Below, one piece after another: positions 38,279 through 51,802 of a DNA stretch of 64,000 bases. Position numbers and translations under genes: made by a program. Below the pieces are notes generated by a model, which made no database searches, was not told the DNA's origin, and worked only from the letters and a program-made list of their open reading frames with translations. Numbering within the stretch: position 1 is the stretch's first letter; the number at the start of each line of letters is the position of its first letter. This stretch comes from Kondoa subrosea. Its lineage: Eukaryota. The stretch is taken from NCBI GenBank assembly GCA_039545335.1, contig BCIN01000005.1, forward strand, positions 648,641 through 712,640. Reading direction: 5' to 3'.

Positions 38279-40737
38279 ATGGACAATCGTAAGAATACGT
38301 ATCTCCCACAGCCACACTCCAACTACTTCGATCATCAGCCTGAAAGCAGCCGACCCAGATTGCATTCCTTGCCTTCTATCCAACACATTGCCTCGCCTGG
38401 AGGCTACCAAAACACGTACTCACCTCTATTGGCCATGGATCATTTGCCTATTGCTGGTCCTTCTTCCTCCGAAGGCAATACACCTCCAGCGGAATACAGA
38501 CCAGAAACCACTGCTGTTGTGCCTCAAATGAAAGAAAAGGCCGGAGGTGGAGCAAGCGACTTCGTCAAGAAGCTGTTCAGGTTAGTATCATCATGTACAT
38601 CGTGCAACAAAGTCTGAACTACGGGCAATAGAATGTTGGAAGATACGGCTCATCATGCGACCGTCGGGTGGAATGACAAAGGCGACAGCTTTGTCGTAAA
38701 GGTGATCTGACTCATGTCATAGTATGGTACTCTTCACTCAGCTATCACAACAGGACATGAATGATTTTACAAAATCGATTTTGCCGAAACATTTTAAACA
38801 CTCAAATTTCGCATCTTTCGTCAGACAACTGAACAAGTACGACTTTCACAAAGTAAAGAAGCCCGAGTCTTCCGGAGAGACCGGTGTATATGGTGATCAT
38901 GTTGGTCTATTCTTCGCGAATGGCATAAGTCAATTGTGACGCGTCTATGTCCCAGATATGGGAATTCCGTCATCCCCATTTTCGCGCCGAAAACAAAGGC
39001 GATCTGGAAAACATCAAGCGCAAGATTCCAGTGACAAAGAAAGCTGCAGCCTCAGCACCTGCAAATGGCAAAGCCTCAGGGTCGAAAGGTTCAAAATCGC
39101 AAATGTCTGAACCATCGCAACAAGGGCAACAAAGTCAGCAGGAAATGAGCATTAGCTTGTCTGATCCAATATACCAAAGCCTGCAGCAGCAACTGGATGC
39201 TTTGGCTCAAGATCAGCACAATCTCGTAGCTCATGTGAACAATCTTTCGCGCGATTATCAAAATGTCATGTCCAAAATGAACAGCTTTCAGCGCAATTTT
39301 GGCAGTCAAGATCATCTCATCCAGCAGCTTATTCAATTCCTGTATGATGGAGAACGAAGATCGCGTCTCGGACAAAATCCCAGTCCAACAGAAAACGCAA
39401 ACTATGTCGCTTCACCGGAAGTGCAACGCTTGATTTCAGCTTATCAAGATTCGTCTCGGGTCATCTTTGAACAAATAGATGACATTACTCGAAGATCTTC
39501 TCTGCTTACTGGGCGATTGATGAACAACGCTTTAAGACCAATAAGTCCTGGTAACAGTACAGCAAGTCCCCATTCTTCTGGTCCAGGTCAATCGCCTCGA
39601 ACTTCAGCACCCTTTTCGAATGATCCGTCTCTTATGCAACCACCACTCACAGACCCAGCTCGATACAATAACAACAGGCAAAGTGTGGATTCCAATCCAG
39701 ATCAAGGTTATCCTTCAAATCGATCAGTCTCTTCTGGTTCTCAGCAGGGCTTCTCCGGTCTGCCTGCTCAACCTCAATTCCCATCTTTGGAAGACATGAC
39801 CAACCCAATTCGACCACCACCTCAAAGCTCTCTGCTTGTTCCATCAGAGAGCAACAGATCAAGTGAAGGTAGTCGACCTGCACCTGCGGCAGGCTGGGCA
39901 GTCGCGCCAAAGGTGCTGTTGGTGGAAGATGATGCAGTTTGTCGAAAGTTGTCAAGCAAGTTCTTGCAAGTGTTTGGTTGCCAAATCGATGTGGCTGAAG
40001 ATGGAGTTTCGGCTGTAAACAAGATGAATAGGGAGAAGTATGATTTGGTATTTATGGATATCATGATGCCTCATTTGGATGGTGCGTTTCCCGATTGCTG
40101 TGTCGCTTTATCGGCGGCTCAGTTCAATCGTTTGTAATTGCACAGGTGTTTCTGCTACCTCTTTAATTCGTCAATTCGACCCTACAACACCTATTATCTC
40201 GATGACTAGTAATTCAAATCCACAAGAAATCCTTACCTACTTCTCACACGGCATGAACGACATTCTGCCGAAACCATTTACCAAAGAAGGTTTACTTGGA
40301 ATGTTGGATGTGAGTATCAATTTGACAATTCTTATGCTAATACTGAAGAATGTATTGACTCAGAAACACTTGATTCACTTGAAGCAAATGCAATCGCTTA
40401 CTGAAATTCCTCGAGCATTGGGCATTTCGGACGATGCAATTCAGTCGGCATTGGTCTCTACATTTAGCGATCCTTCATCGAACAATCCTTTCGCGGATAT
40501 TTTCAGCGATACGAATACGGATGTGAGTTTGCTACAATCCTTTGATTGAAATCAAGCTGACGTACGGTGATACAGTATGACTACGTTCACATGTTAGCGG
40601 CTCTAGTCAGTGGGAATCCGGAAACATTGGCAGGAGGAAATTCGACTGCCGCACTCAACAATAACAACAAGCGCGATCTAGAAGAAGAAACCGAGCAAGC
40701 GGACGGAAGCAAACGAGGAAGATTCGATGAGCTGTGA
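38279..40737 (+). CDS. SKN7: Skn7/Prr1 response regulator transcription factor, multi-exon
   Basis: HSF DNA-binding domain ([33 protein letters not shown]), coiled coil and receiver domain (VLLVEDD...[11 protein letters not shown]...LPKPF). Confidence 0.93.
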
Positions 40738-40947
40738 ATCGAGTGTAGGAATCTGAGGATGTGTCTTGAGGTTGATTCTGTGTTTACGTATATCCTTCGC
40801 GCAAGCGGAGTAGAGAGAAACTATTGTGTATGAATATTTAATTGTGAATGTGCATGCTCTGACATTCGCCTTTTGAGATGACTGTCCCTCCGCGCCGCTG
40901 TCTTCTTCGCGCTTTTTTGAAATTTTCAATCCTGAACAATCACAATC

Positions 40948-42456
40948 ATGGTCAACGCTCCTGAAGCTCAAAGTAGGTATCATATTGTGTCCTATTACTA
41001 CTGTACTCATCCAATCGGCCTTATCGCAGCTTCTATTGCGCTCGTGCATCAATTCTTGCAAACTGCCTATCCAAAGACTTGCAAGGCCTTCGTCAAGGAA
41101 GCTGCATTAGACCCAGCTACATTGGGTCCTTTACCATATTCTATTGAGATCCTCGTTGCAAGGGAAGCTTCAGCAGCTACTACAGCCGCATTGAAGCAAG
41201 AGTCAGTTCACCACTTTGACCTGACTTAGCTCTCAGCTGATGTACGAATGTTTGCACAGTTCCAGCTCAGATTCATCTTCTTCAAGTGATTCTTCCAGCT
41301 CAGACGAAGATGAAGTCATGGCTCCGGCTCCTGTAACATTGAAAGCCAAGAAAACTAAATCAGTCTCCAGCTCATCCAGTGGTTCATCTTCTTCAAGCGA
41401 AGAAAGCTCTTCTGAAGAGATTCAAGCTATATCCGCTATCAAAACCGCTCAACCAACAAAAGTAGTTAGCAGCTCAAGCGAGTCTTCCAGCGATGAAGAG
41501 AGCGAGAAAGAGACGGCAGCTGTGATCGCTAAAAAAGCAACTTCTGCTGTTCATACTAATGGCAAAGGGAAAGCCAAAGCCTCCTCCTCGTCATCTTCCT
41601 CGTCCTCTTCCTCCTCGTCTTCTTCATCAGAAGATGAGGTTCCTGCCAAAGCTGTGTCGAAGCCTTCACCAGCGAAGACAAATGGGAAAGCCAAAGTTGT
41701 CTCGAGCAGTTCCTCTTCATCTTCTTCCTCTTCTTCCTCCTCTTCGTCATCAGAAGATGAAGCACCTCCAGCAAAGAAGTCGCTGTTACATGGAGGCATC
41801 AAACGTAAAGCAGCAAGTTCATCTTCGTCCAGCTCTTCATCAAGTTCATCTTCATCAGAAGAAGAAGAAAAGAAAGTGACTGTAAAATCTTCTACTCCTC
41901 AACCACCAGCAAAGAAAGCGAAAGTCGAAACTATTTCTGCACCTGCTACGATCACAATAGACTCGCCAGCTAAAGTAGAAATCAAGAATGAAACAGTTAC
42001 CATCAAACCAGTCGCTGTCGTGCCTGCTTTACCTGCGAAAGCGAAAAAGGGAAAAGAGAGGGTTCAGAACCAGCCGTTCAGAAGAGTAAAGGAGGAGGAT
42101 GTGCAGTTCCATGACGAGCGATTGAGAAATAATGGGTTTGAGGCCAGGGTGAGGGATATCGGCAGGGCATCAGTTTTGTACTGATTGCTTTGTACTTGTC
42201 GTTCACAGGGTGCCGGAATGAGCGATTATGGAGCAAAAGCGCATCATGACTTAATCGTCACTCGAGGCGATGGGTTCAGAAAGGTTCGCACGTCTCGATT
42301 TCGCGCTTATTGAGCTGACACAGCGATGCAGGAGAAGAACAAGAAGAAGCGCGGCAGTTACAGAGGCGGAGAGATCAGTGAGCCTTACACTTTCTGCAGC
42401 GAAGCAACAGCTGAGCTCCTTCTTCAGCTATGCAAAGTCATTCGATCAAGTTCTAG
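40948..42456 (+). CDS. SRP40: Srp40/Nopp140-like nucleolar serine-rich protein
   Basis: Alternating poly-Ser/acidic and Lys-rich blocks, then an SRP40 C-terminal domain (PFRRV...YGAKAHHDLIVTRGDGFRKEKNKKKRGSYRGGEITMQSHSIKF*). Confidence 0.9.
41556..41870 (+). repeat. Degenerate (TCN)n serine repeats forming three internally duplicated blocks in SRP40
   Basis: Two blocks begin aatgg..aaagccaaag and all three end in tcatcagaaga. Confidence 0.75.
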
Positions 42457-42588
42457 AACCAAGGGATTGATGATGAGAACATGTTACACTTGTATAGATT
42501 ACTTGCGCACCTAATATATGGCCGTTTAGTCACCACCTTCTTGACATTTCTCTTCAGGCTCTTGCTCTTGACTGCCAATCCTTTATGC

Positions 42589-43339
42589 ATGCATCTCGCT
42601 ACTCGATATAGCACTCGATTGCTATCACCCCTGAGCCGACAAGCAAGCAGCTCTAGTCCATTCCTGCGAAATTTCATGGACAGTCCGCCAGAAGCTGGAC
42701 CGATGGAGTCCTCCATTCGCAACAAGGTAGGCAATTTTCTGCTGGTTTCAAGAACTCGTAAAGCTCTTGCAATTCTCGAGAGTGATCTGCGCTCCTTCTT
42801 GAACTGAAGTCTGTGGAAGCCTAACATTGGACTTGATGGTTTATGTTCTGTCTTTGATTTTCGTTGCAATGCACAGCTCTCTCTATTATGCCCTACATCC
42901 TATCTCCCGTTCTCGTATTCTTCTCATGTTTAGCAGCTTATTTGTTATGTTGTTCGGATTGCACAGCTGATTGAACTCCTCAACCCAGTCGACTTCCGCT
43001 TGACAAATGATTCAGCTTCTCATTCTCATCATGCACCAATGAAGGTCCCTGGAGCCTATACTGGTGAAACCCACTTCTCGTGCGCAGTCGTTAGTAAAGC
43101 ATTCGAGGGAAAGGTGCGCCGACATATTTGTTCTCGCTCATTCGTCGAAGCTGATCAAAGTGTTCGATTCACAGAGACAGATGCAGCGACATCGAATGAT
43201 CTATTCTGCACTCACAGAAGAATTGGCTCAAGGTTTGCATGCGCTTGCGTTGAAGACCTATACACCTAAGGAAGCGGGTATGGAAGAGACGAGCAGTAAC
43301 GATGATCAACCTGTAACAGTAGAAGTGAAATCAGATTGA
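42589..43339 (+). CDS. BolA-like protein (Bol1 type, probable mitochondrial presequence)
   Basis: GPMESSIRNK|LIELLNP...NDSASHSHH...GETHF...VVSKAFEGK|RQMQRHRMIYSAL...GLHALALKT. Confidence 0.9.
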
Positions 43340-43475
43340 ATTGTAAGGAGTAGAGCGTCATCTTCTGCCTTCTTTCGAAAGTTGGGTTCTGGTGACTCCT
43401 ATCTTTGCGACAGCGAAAGACGATTCTGAGCTCTCGTTTTATACCATTGCATGTTTATACCATTTGACTGACAGG

Positions 43476-46400
43476 ATGCCTGCTACACCTAGACACGTCG
43501 AACGCGCCGAGACTGGCATCACTGTCCAGAATCATAAACAACTCCAAATTGCTGTTCTCCCTGGCGCAGCTCTCTTCGTCGCTGGTCAAGCTGTATATGG
43601 CGTCGTCGAGCTAGCTTGTAGCAGCTCCAAGCTTAGGATAGGTGATCTAAGCATCGAATTGACTGGACACGAAGGTGTGCTTGTGTCGGCTTCCATTAAA
43701 TACTTGGAGCTGATTCGCGATTTGCCAGAACTTACTTCATTGGATCACACTGCTACTCAGACTTTCCATAAAGCTCATGTCTATTTCCAGTCGAAACACT
43801 TACCGCCTTCGAATGCAGTCGACGCTGATCAACCTTGTTTGGCTGGGTATTGGCAAGCTAGGCCAGGAAAGACTCGCTTTCAGTTCAATTTCAACTTACC
43901 AGATACCCTACCTTCTTCTTCTGCTTTTGCTGGAAACGCAAGTCTGAAATACACGCTCAAAGCTTGTGCTCAAGTTCAATACAATGGTGAAAGGCAAACC
44001 ATCATGAAGAAGGTTGATCTACGAATTCTTGAGCGTTTGAAAGATTGGGAAGATGAGAGATATTGGTCAACAGCTCGAGCGGAAGCGAGTGATCGATTAG
44101 CTATGAGTGGAAATGGCAGCGTTTCTCTCGAGGCGTCTCTTTTCCCTTCGATCTTTTGGAAACATGACTGTGATCCCGATCAAAGACCTGCGGATGATAG
44201 AGATATCTTACCAATACAAGTGTCTGTGCGAAATACTACAAAGAAGCATGTAAGCACAACCTGCCATACCTCAACTGTCTTCTCATTCTTGTGATACAGC
44301 TCTCTGATCTGAAAATCCAAGTCGTTCGAAGATTACAAATCCCGTCAGCCTCAGTGCAACTTCCGCCAGGCACTTTACCTTCACCTCAAATCACAGAGTT
44401 AGCAGTGGATGACGATTTCAGAGGCAAAGAATATGACTTTCCGTCTGGTTGCTCCAAGCAAGTAACGGTCAACTATCATATTCCACCTAATCTTCTCAGC
44501 ACAAGAGGCACACGACTTTTCGATGTCAACATCATCTTAAGAGTCATGCTGAAGATGAATAGTCCGCTTGGCGTAGGATCAAAAGATCTCACAGTCGAAC
44601 TTCCAATTTGGCTCTTTTATCCTGCTTCGCTGCCAAAAGAAGCGATCGATCATTGTTTCCAGCTTCTTCGCCCTCGCGCTCCTCTTCCTCCTATTTCAAC
44701 TAATGTGCATCCCGTTCTCTCAAGAGCTCTGTCACCCATGCAATCACCTATGCATTCGCCATATAATCCTATGTTGCAACCACAAATGTCTCCCGTGCGA
44801 TATCAAACTCAATCACCTATGCCTTGGTCTGCTGCACCACCCATACCTGCGCATTATTCGCCTTGGGATCAGCAGCCATATTATGCATCCATACCTTCGC
44901 CAATTCAAGGCGTTTCTTTGCCTTATTCTGCATCTTCTCCCGCTTTATACCATCAACCGCAGCAACAAGATTGGCGCTCTCAATCTATGTCTCCCGCAGC
45001 ATATCAGCCGATACCACCTCAATCGCAGCCATATTATGTTGGTATTGACCCTCAAGCACCTGTCATTACCCCCTCAACCTTTATCAACTCCATCACACAA
45101 TATGCACCGATACCACAAGATAATTCTTATTTCCCTCATGTACCACCATTTCCACTCCCGGATCCAGCCTTATCTCGATCCTGGTCTCCTCAACCATCTC
45201 CTCCAGCAGCTTATCAGCGGCCTGCTTCGAGCATGTCGATGCGGGACTCGTATAACCCACCAACTTTACTGACTGCACCAACTCACGGCAGTATTCCAGT
45301 ACCCGAGCGCCCAACTTCAGCTCGAGGCGATCGAACAGTTTCCGCTCCGTCACCTCAATTAAGCCCGGCACAGCAAGCAGCGGCTTTACCAGCTTTCGAA
45401 GGTTTGACTGAAACAGAGCGAGAACAAGTTCAAGCGAATATAGAACCTTTGCGGTACTCTGGAGCAACTCGAGCGACAATGACAAAAGAAGAATTACGCG
45501 AATCCCTTCGAGCCAGAAGGAGGTCTGCTCCTCAATTAGGTTCGACTGGCACGAATCAACGTACTACACCACCACCTCCTTCTCCTTCTTCTCGTTTCTT
45601 TCCACCTGAAGAAGAATCTCGTCATGTGGATTCACCTGGTCTGCTGGATACTATTGGTGAAGATGGTGAAAGTCAAGCTGGAACCTTACGCAATCCAGCT
45701 GCTTTAGCCGCTTTGCTAAAAGAAACAACAGCGCCTATGCCTGAAGTTCAATCAACTCAAGCTTCTAGACCGATGATGACTCGTGGTTCGAGCGCAGCAG
45801 ATTTGGAAGCTTTAGTAGCTGATCCGGACTTCAAGCTCGATCCTGAAAAGACTTTACCTACACCACCTGTTCCTAGTGCAAGAACGAAACCTGTTTCTGC
45901 TTCGACTGGTTTACCTAGAGCCATGGATATCTTCGCTAAGCCCCCTTCGCCTGCTAAGAAAGAAGTATCGTTCAAAGAGGCAAGCGAAACCAGCTCTGAG
46001 ATTACTCTGGTTGACAATGGAGCAAGAGAAACAACAAGTAAAGTTGAAGCGGTACCTGCTAAAGGTCGAAGAATTTCTTTGGAATCCGGTCATTCTATCA
46101 ATAAATCTTCATTGAAAACTCCAACAATGCCAAAGAGTAAATCAGAAGTAGGTCTCATGTCGCTTGAGCAACGCCTTTCACGACCAACTTCACCTTTGGC
46201 GGAAATCAGCGCACCTTCGCAACGTCCGCAGCATAAGGTTACTAAATCTACGTCTCATGCTGGTGCACTGCGAGCCAAGAGCAGCGCAATTTCACTGAGG
46301 GAAGATTTTGATCTGTCAGCACCTGCAGAGAAACCAATCAAAGTGCCATCTTCACAAGTCAAGGAGTCTAGACCTGCTCCTGTATCTACAGCTCCTTCGC

Positions 46401-47637
46401 TTTCAAGAGTCACCAGCTGGCTCGACAAGACAAAATCCACGCCTTCACCTGTTCCAGAAGCGGTTTTCCGGATTCTCAGTCCAGAGCCCAAAGTTGACCA
46501 GATTGGTGTCAACGACAGTGTATCGCAAATCAAGCCGGTCAGAGCGAATACAGCACCTGTTTCCGTTGCGCAACGAAAAGCTTCTTTAGCTTCGATTATA
46601 CCTGCTCCTGGTAAACCAGTTCTCACACCTGTTCTACCTAGCAAGATGCCTTCTCCAATGAAGCAATCTATCTCTTCACCTCTGCTGTCAAGCTATACGT
46701 CGACACCACCAAACGTTAAACAAGCAACTCCATTTCGAAGCTCGTCTAGAAACTCGATTGCGGTTATACCTACCACAACAGTTCTCAAACTCCCTCTTCC
46801 GCCACTATCACCACCTCCTTCCCCTCCAAGTAGCAAGAAGGCGGAAGATTTGAGCGAGTCTTTATTGGCTCGGAAAGCTCAACGAGCCTCAATACAAGTT
46901 CTACCTTCGTCGACTGCAACGAACAAGTACAAAGAAATCTCCAACGTACCTGTTGCTTCCAAACCGCCTTCATTTTCAGGGAAGAAGAGACTTTCATTGG
47001 ACAGTGCAGCGAAAAACGTTGAGGATAATGATGATGGACCAAAGTATGACGTTCGATCTGCTCGAGGTGGAAGAGGTGGTGTAGTTACTAGTATTGCTGG
47101 TCTATGGAGTGGCAAGATCGCGTCTGAAGAAGCGTCGAAAGCGCCGACTCCGAAGTTGGCTTCTACTAAGTAAGTTGCTTCTAATCCATTGGAATGATAT
47201 GTACTGATGATGATGATTGCGATAGACCACAGCCTTTGATCATTGATCCGTTTAAGACTTCTGCTGCACTTCGATCTACATCTGCTGAAGGATCTGGCGC
47301 TAAGATCAACTTAAGAGCGCTACACGATTTGATGGCACAAGATGGTAAACCTGAAGCTGTAACGACAAAGGATAACGCTCGACCTCTGCTCACATCCACT
47401 CAGCCAAGGAAGAGCGATGCAGAAAAGTTGCCGTCCATCTCACAGAAGCGAAGATCTCTTGGTGGGCTACAGGAATACAACAAGAGCGCTTCAGCTCCTA
47501 CTTATGTGAATACTACGCTCGCCAAGTTTCCGGCAATGGCTCAGCCAAGTATACTGAGTCAACAGAAGACTTCAGCTCATGGACATTCTGGTCAGAACTT
47601 GCAAGGGTTAATCGCCAAATACAATACTAGTAGATGA
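43476..47637 (+). CDS. Arrestin-fold protein with a very long Pro/Ser-rich tail, multi-exon
   Basis: FVAGQAVYGVVEL...IELTGHE...FQFNFNLPDTLPSS...LKYTLKA pattern typical of Arrestin_N, followed by a second beta-rich region. Confidence 0.7.
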
Positions 47638-47892
47638 ATATGTAATACTGCAGCTATAGAGCTGTACAGCTATATGATCGCTTGACAATGTGAAGGCAAG
47701 GAGGAGACCCTCTGCTATGACGACCGGTTCCCCATCTCAATGATGCCGGATCAACATTTGCTTCGAGCTTGCCTTCTTTCTCTTCCCTTTCACAGCGAGA
47801 GTCTTGCATCTCTCAAGAAGGACTAGCCTAGCACACACCACACACGCAGCCTCGCTTTCTCTGTCTCTTGTCCTCCAGATCTCGACCTCACA

Positions 47893-50724
47893 ATGTCTCA
47901 AAGCGGCACCTCGAGGTAAAATTGCTCTTCATTTTGTCGAGCTCTGAGCTGAAGCCGACGTTTGTACAGAGATGTGCATAACCACCTGCTGTTCGAGATT
48001 GCATGGGAAGGTAGGCCTCACTCGCTCGTCATGGTCTGCTTTCGACGCCCAACGCTTATATTTGTGTCTCTATCTCCACAGTCGCTAACAAAGGTCTGCT
48101 TCCTTACACTGAGCGTACCTCTGGATGCTGTGCTGACTCGTAGTGTTCTAGTCGGCGGTATCTACACTGTCATCAAGACTAAAGCACCAGTAACAGTACA
48201 AGAGTATGGAGACCGTTATTGCCTTATTGGACCTCTTTCCTACAAATCAGCTCCAATGGAAGTGGAAGCTGTTGAACCGGAAACTCAAGAATTGGCAGAC
48301 AGTTTGAAATCCATGAAAGATCGAGGTGTCAAATATCTTTATGGACGTTGGTTGATTGAAGGTGGACCAAGAGTTTTACTGTTTGATACTGGTTCTTGCT
48401 TCAATCGATTGGATGAGTGGAAATCGGATCTATGGCAAGTCGCTGGAATCCCAACACCTAGCAATGATCAAGAAACAAACGAAACTGTTGTCTTTGGATA
48501 CCTTGTCGCCTGGTTCTTGGGCGAATTTGCAGCAAGAGAAACAAAGAGAGCTATTGTAGCCCATTTCCATGAATGGCTAGCTGGTTTAGCTGTACCATTG
48601 TGAGTAATGCCGAATTTGAGCCAATGATTTTGCTAACTGGATTTTACTCAGATGTCGCAAGCGTAAAATTGATGTCACCACAATCTTCACCACTCACGCT
48701 ACCCTCCTTGGTCGATATCTCTGTGCTGGTTCAGTCGATTTCTACAACAACCTCCAATATTTCGATGTGGATCATGAAGCTGGCAAACGTGGAATTTATC
48801 ACAGATACTGCATTGAAAGATCAGCAACCCACTCTGCTGATGTTTTCACTACTGTTTCGCATATCACCGCCTACGAATCAGAACATTTGCTCAAGAGGAA
48901 ACCAGGTTAGTCTCGACCATTGTTCAGCGCGCAGAGTCCGTCTGATCTTGATCTCTAGACGGTGTCCTACCGAATGGTCTTAACGTAGTCAAGTTCTCTG
49001 CCATGCACGAGTTCCAAAATCTGCATGCGCTCGCAAAGCAGAAGATTAACGATTTCATTCGAGGGCATTTCTATGGTCATTATGTTCGTGACGTTGCTGT
49101 ATATTATACCCTAGCTGATCATCTTGATAGGACTTCGACCTTGACAATACTCTATACTTCTTTACTGCTGGTCGATATGAATACCGCAACAAGGGTGTCG
49201 ACATGTTTATTGAATCCCTTGCTCGTTCGTGATGATGCGAGATGTATGTTCTATACTGATCAGCATCTCAAACGAACAGGACTCAATTACCGCTTGAAAG
49301 AAGCTGGCAGCAATGTGACCGTTGTCGCTTTCATCATTATGCCTGCGGCAACACATTCTTACACCATTGAAGCTCTTAAAGGACAAGCAGTTACCAAGCA
49401 GCTTCGCGACACAGTGACTGAGATACAACATCGTATTGGTCAGCGCTTGTTTGAAAGGACAGCTCGATTCAATGGGTAAGTCATCTCAGTTCGAGATGGA
49501 GCATGAGTTGATATGGCTGTTGCTACTGTTTAGTCAACCTGGATCAGAAGTCCCTGATGCAGAACTCCTTCTTTCAGCGGAAGACAGAATTCTGCTCAAG
49601 CGAAGAGTGTTTGCTCTAAGGAGAAACTCCCTACCACCTGTCGTAACGCACAACATGGCAGATGATAGCACTGATCCTATCCTCAATCAAATTCGCCGAG
49701 TTCAGCTTTTCAACAGATCTAGCGATCGAGTCAAGGTCATCTTCCACCCTGAATTCTTGAACTCCAACAACCCGATCTTGGGTCTCGATTACGAAGAGTT
49801 CGTTCGAGGTTGTCATTTGGGTGTTTTCCCATCATATTATGAACCTTGGGGTGTAGGTCGAGTGATCATTGTGCGAAATATCGCTCATATATCTCTCGTC
49901 TCTACAGTACACTCCAGCAGAATGTACTGTCATGGGTGTCCCTTCGATTACAACCAATTTGTCCGGTTTTGGTTGCTTTATGGATGAATTGATCGAGAAC
50001 TCGCAAGACTATGGTATCTACATTGTTGATCGCCGAATGAAATCAGTCGAAGATTCAGTCAATCAGCTCACTGATCAAATGTACACCTTTGCAACAAAGA
50101 CCAGACGTCAACGTATCAACCAACGTAACCGAACTGAACGTCTTTCAGATTTGTTGGATTGGAAACGTATGGGTCTAGAATATGCCAAAGCAAGACAGTT
50201 GGCACTCCGAAGAGCTTACCCTGACGAGTTCGAAGATGACTTTGACTTTGATGAAGGTCATGTCAAGATCTCGAGACCTTTGTCTGCTCCTGGAAGTCCA
50301 AGACTGAGAAGTGGGATGATGACTCCTGGTGATCTTGGTACTTTGACGGAAGATATGGGTACGTGAGATGAGACAATCAGCAATATTCCTTTTGCTAAGG
50401 TCGCATCCCAACTATGTACAGAGGGACTTGGTACATCAGATTACTGGGGAGCTCAAAACAAGCCAGAAGAAGAAGAAGAAGCTGGCTATTTCCCTCTTGT
50501 ACTGAAGAAGAAGTCAACCACCTCTAGCGGTCAAACTACACCGGGAGGTGTTACTGGCGGGCCAAATGGAAGGGCTGCGAAAACATTGAGCGAAAAGGAT
50601 TTGGCTAAAGCTGATGCTGCTCTGAGTTCGCGTGGGTTCTCTCTCCTCGTTCCTTAAGCATGATGACTTAGTGCGAGCTAGTTTAGGTACTACTGATGCT
50701 TGGGATCGTGGATCGGCGCAATGA
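47893..50724 (+). CDS. GSY1: Glycogen synthase, multi-exon
   Basis: [58 protein letters not shown] and C-terminal phospho-sites SAPGSP/MTPGD. Confidence 0.97.
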
Positions 50725-51336
50725 GCCGAGTTTACTGCTTGAAAACAGAGGAAGATCTCAACTATGGGAACGGGTGGGAAAAAAGTGAAGGGAAAGTCTG
50801 CAAGCATTGGACCATCGTGTGCATAAGCTCTCAAACTAATTATTTGCAAATACCTCAATTTTGTGTCTATTCAGAGTTTCGGTTTTGGTCTCTTTGCCAA
50901 CCTTGTTGAACATGTCCTGATCTACTCTTCTTCTCGCTCTCTTGATAGCGAACGCGCCAGCGATGCTTCATGGTATAAATGTCTTCTTTTTTGATGTTCA
51001 AATTCTCTTTGCTTCCTCGTGTTTCCGCGCTAGTCTGCAGCGGTCAATCAGGACAGCATGGCGATATGACCTCTTTTGGAAACTGCTGTGAATATATGAT
51101 CTTCCTTAAATGTAACGCGAAACCGTTGCTCTCGCTTGACTCTCGGAGCGATCTTGTTTTTTTCTCTAAACTGATCCGCTTCCTTTTCTGGTTCTTCTTC
51201 TTGTTCTCAACCCATCTTCAAGTAATAATTCGCCTGGTCGACCGAAGCTTCAGCAAACAAACTTCCACTCTCGTTTAATCACGCTCTTTACACTTCAGAA
51301 CCTCTTCTTTCCAGCTTTTCCTAACGCGTCTCAACT

Positions 51337-51802
51337 ATGTTCGGATACAAGATCTTCTCCATTATGGCTTTGGCAGCCTTCGTAGCCGCTGTCCCGTGCA
51401 AAACCGATCCCTCGTAAGCTGACACATCGCGACTTCGAATGTAACGTGTAATTCACCATGTCTTAACGTAGAGGTCAAGCTAGATGCACAGACGGTTACA
51501 GCTGCGGTACCACTGCATGCTGCTCCCAATATGGATTTTGCGGAAACACTGCAGCACACTGCGGGACTGGTTGCGACGCAACAAAGGGACTTTGTGAAGG
51601 CAAAGGTGCTACTTGTGTTGGTGATAACTGTAAGTGCAGTATTGATAAGTGAGATGAACAAAATCGCTGACAATGGCTTTTCTCTTCAGGCACAAGTGAT
51701 GGAACCGCTACTTGCGACCCAGTCGTCTCTAAGCGCTCAGTCGCTAGAATGAACCACAAGCGAAGAGCAGCTGAAGAACGTTTGGCAAAGGGTATCTACT
51801 GA
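51337..51802 (+). CDS. Small secreted cysteine-rich protein with a hevein-like (CBM18) chitin-binding domain, ~115 aa
   Basis: Exons 51337-51413, 51472-51629 and 51690-51802 give a signal peptide followed by CTDGYSCGTTACCSQYGFCGNTAAHCGTGCDATKGLC. Not in the ORF track. Confidence 0.88.

Noticed and set aside
41551..41879. Glu-rich antisense and Pro/Leu-rich alternative-frame ORFs
   Set aside because: These are shadows of the SRP40 serine codon repeats.
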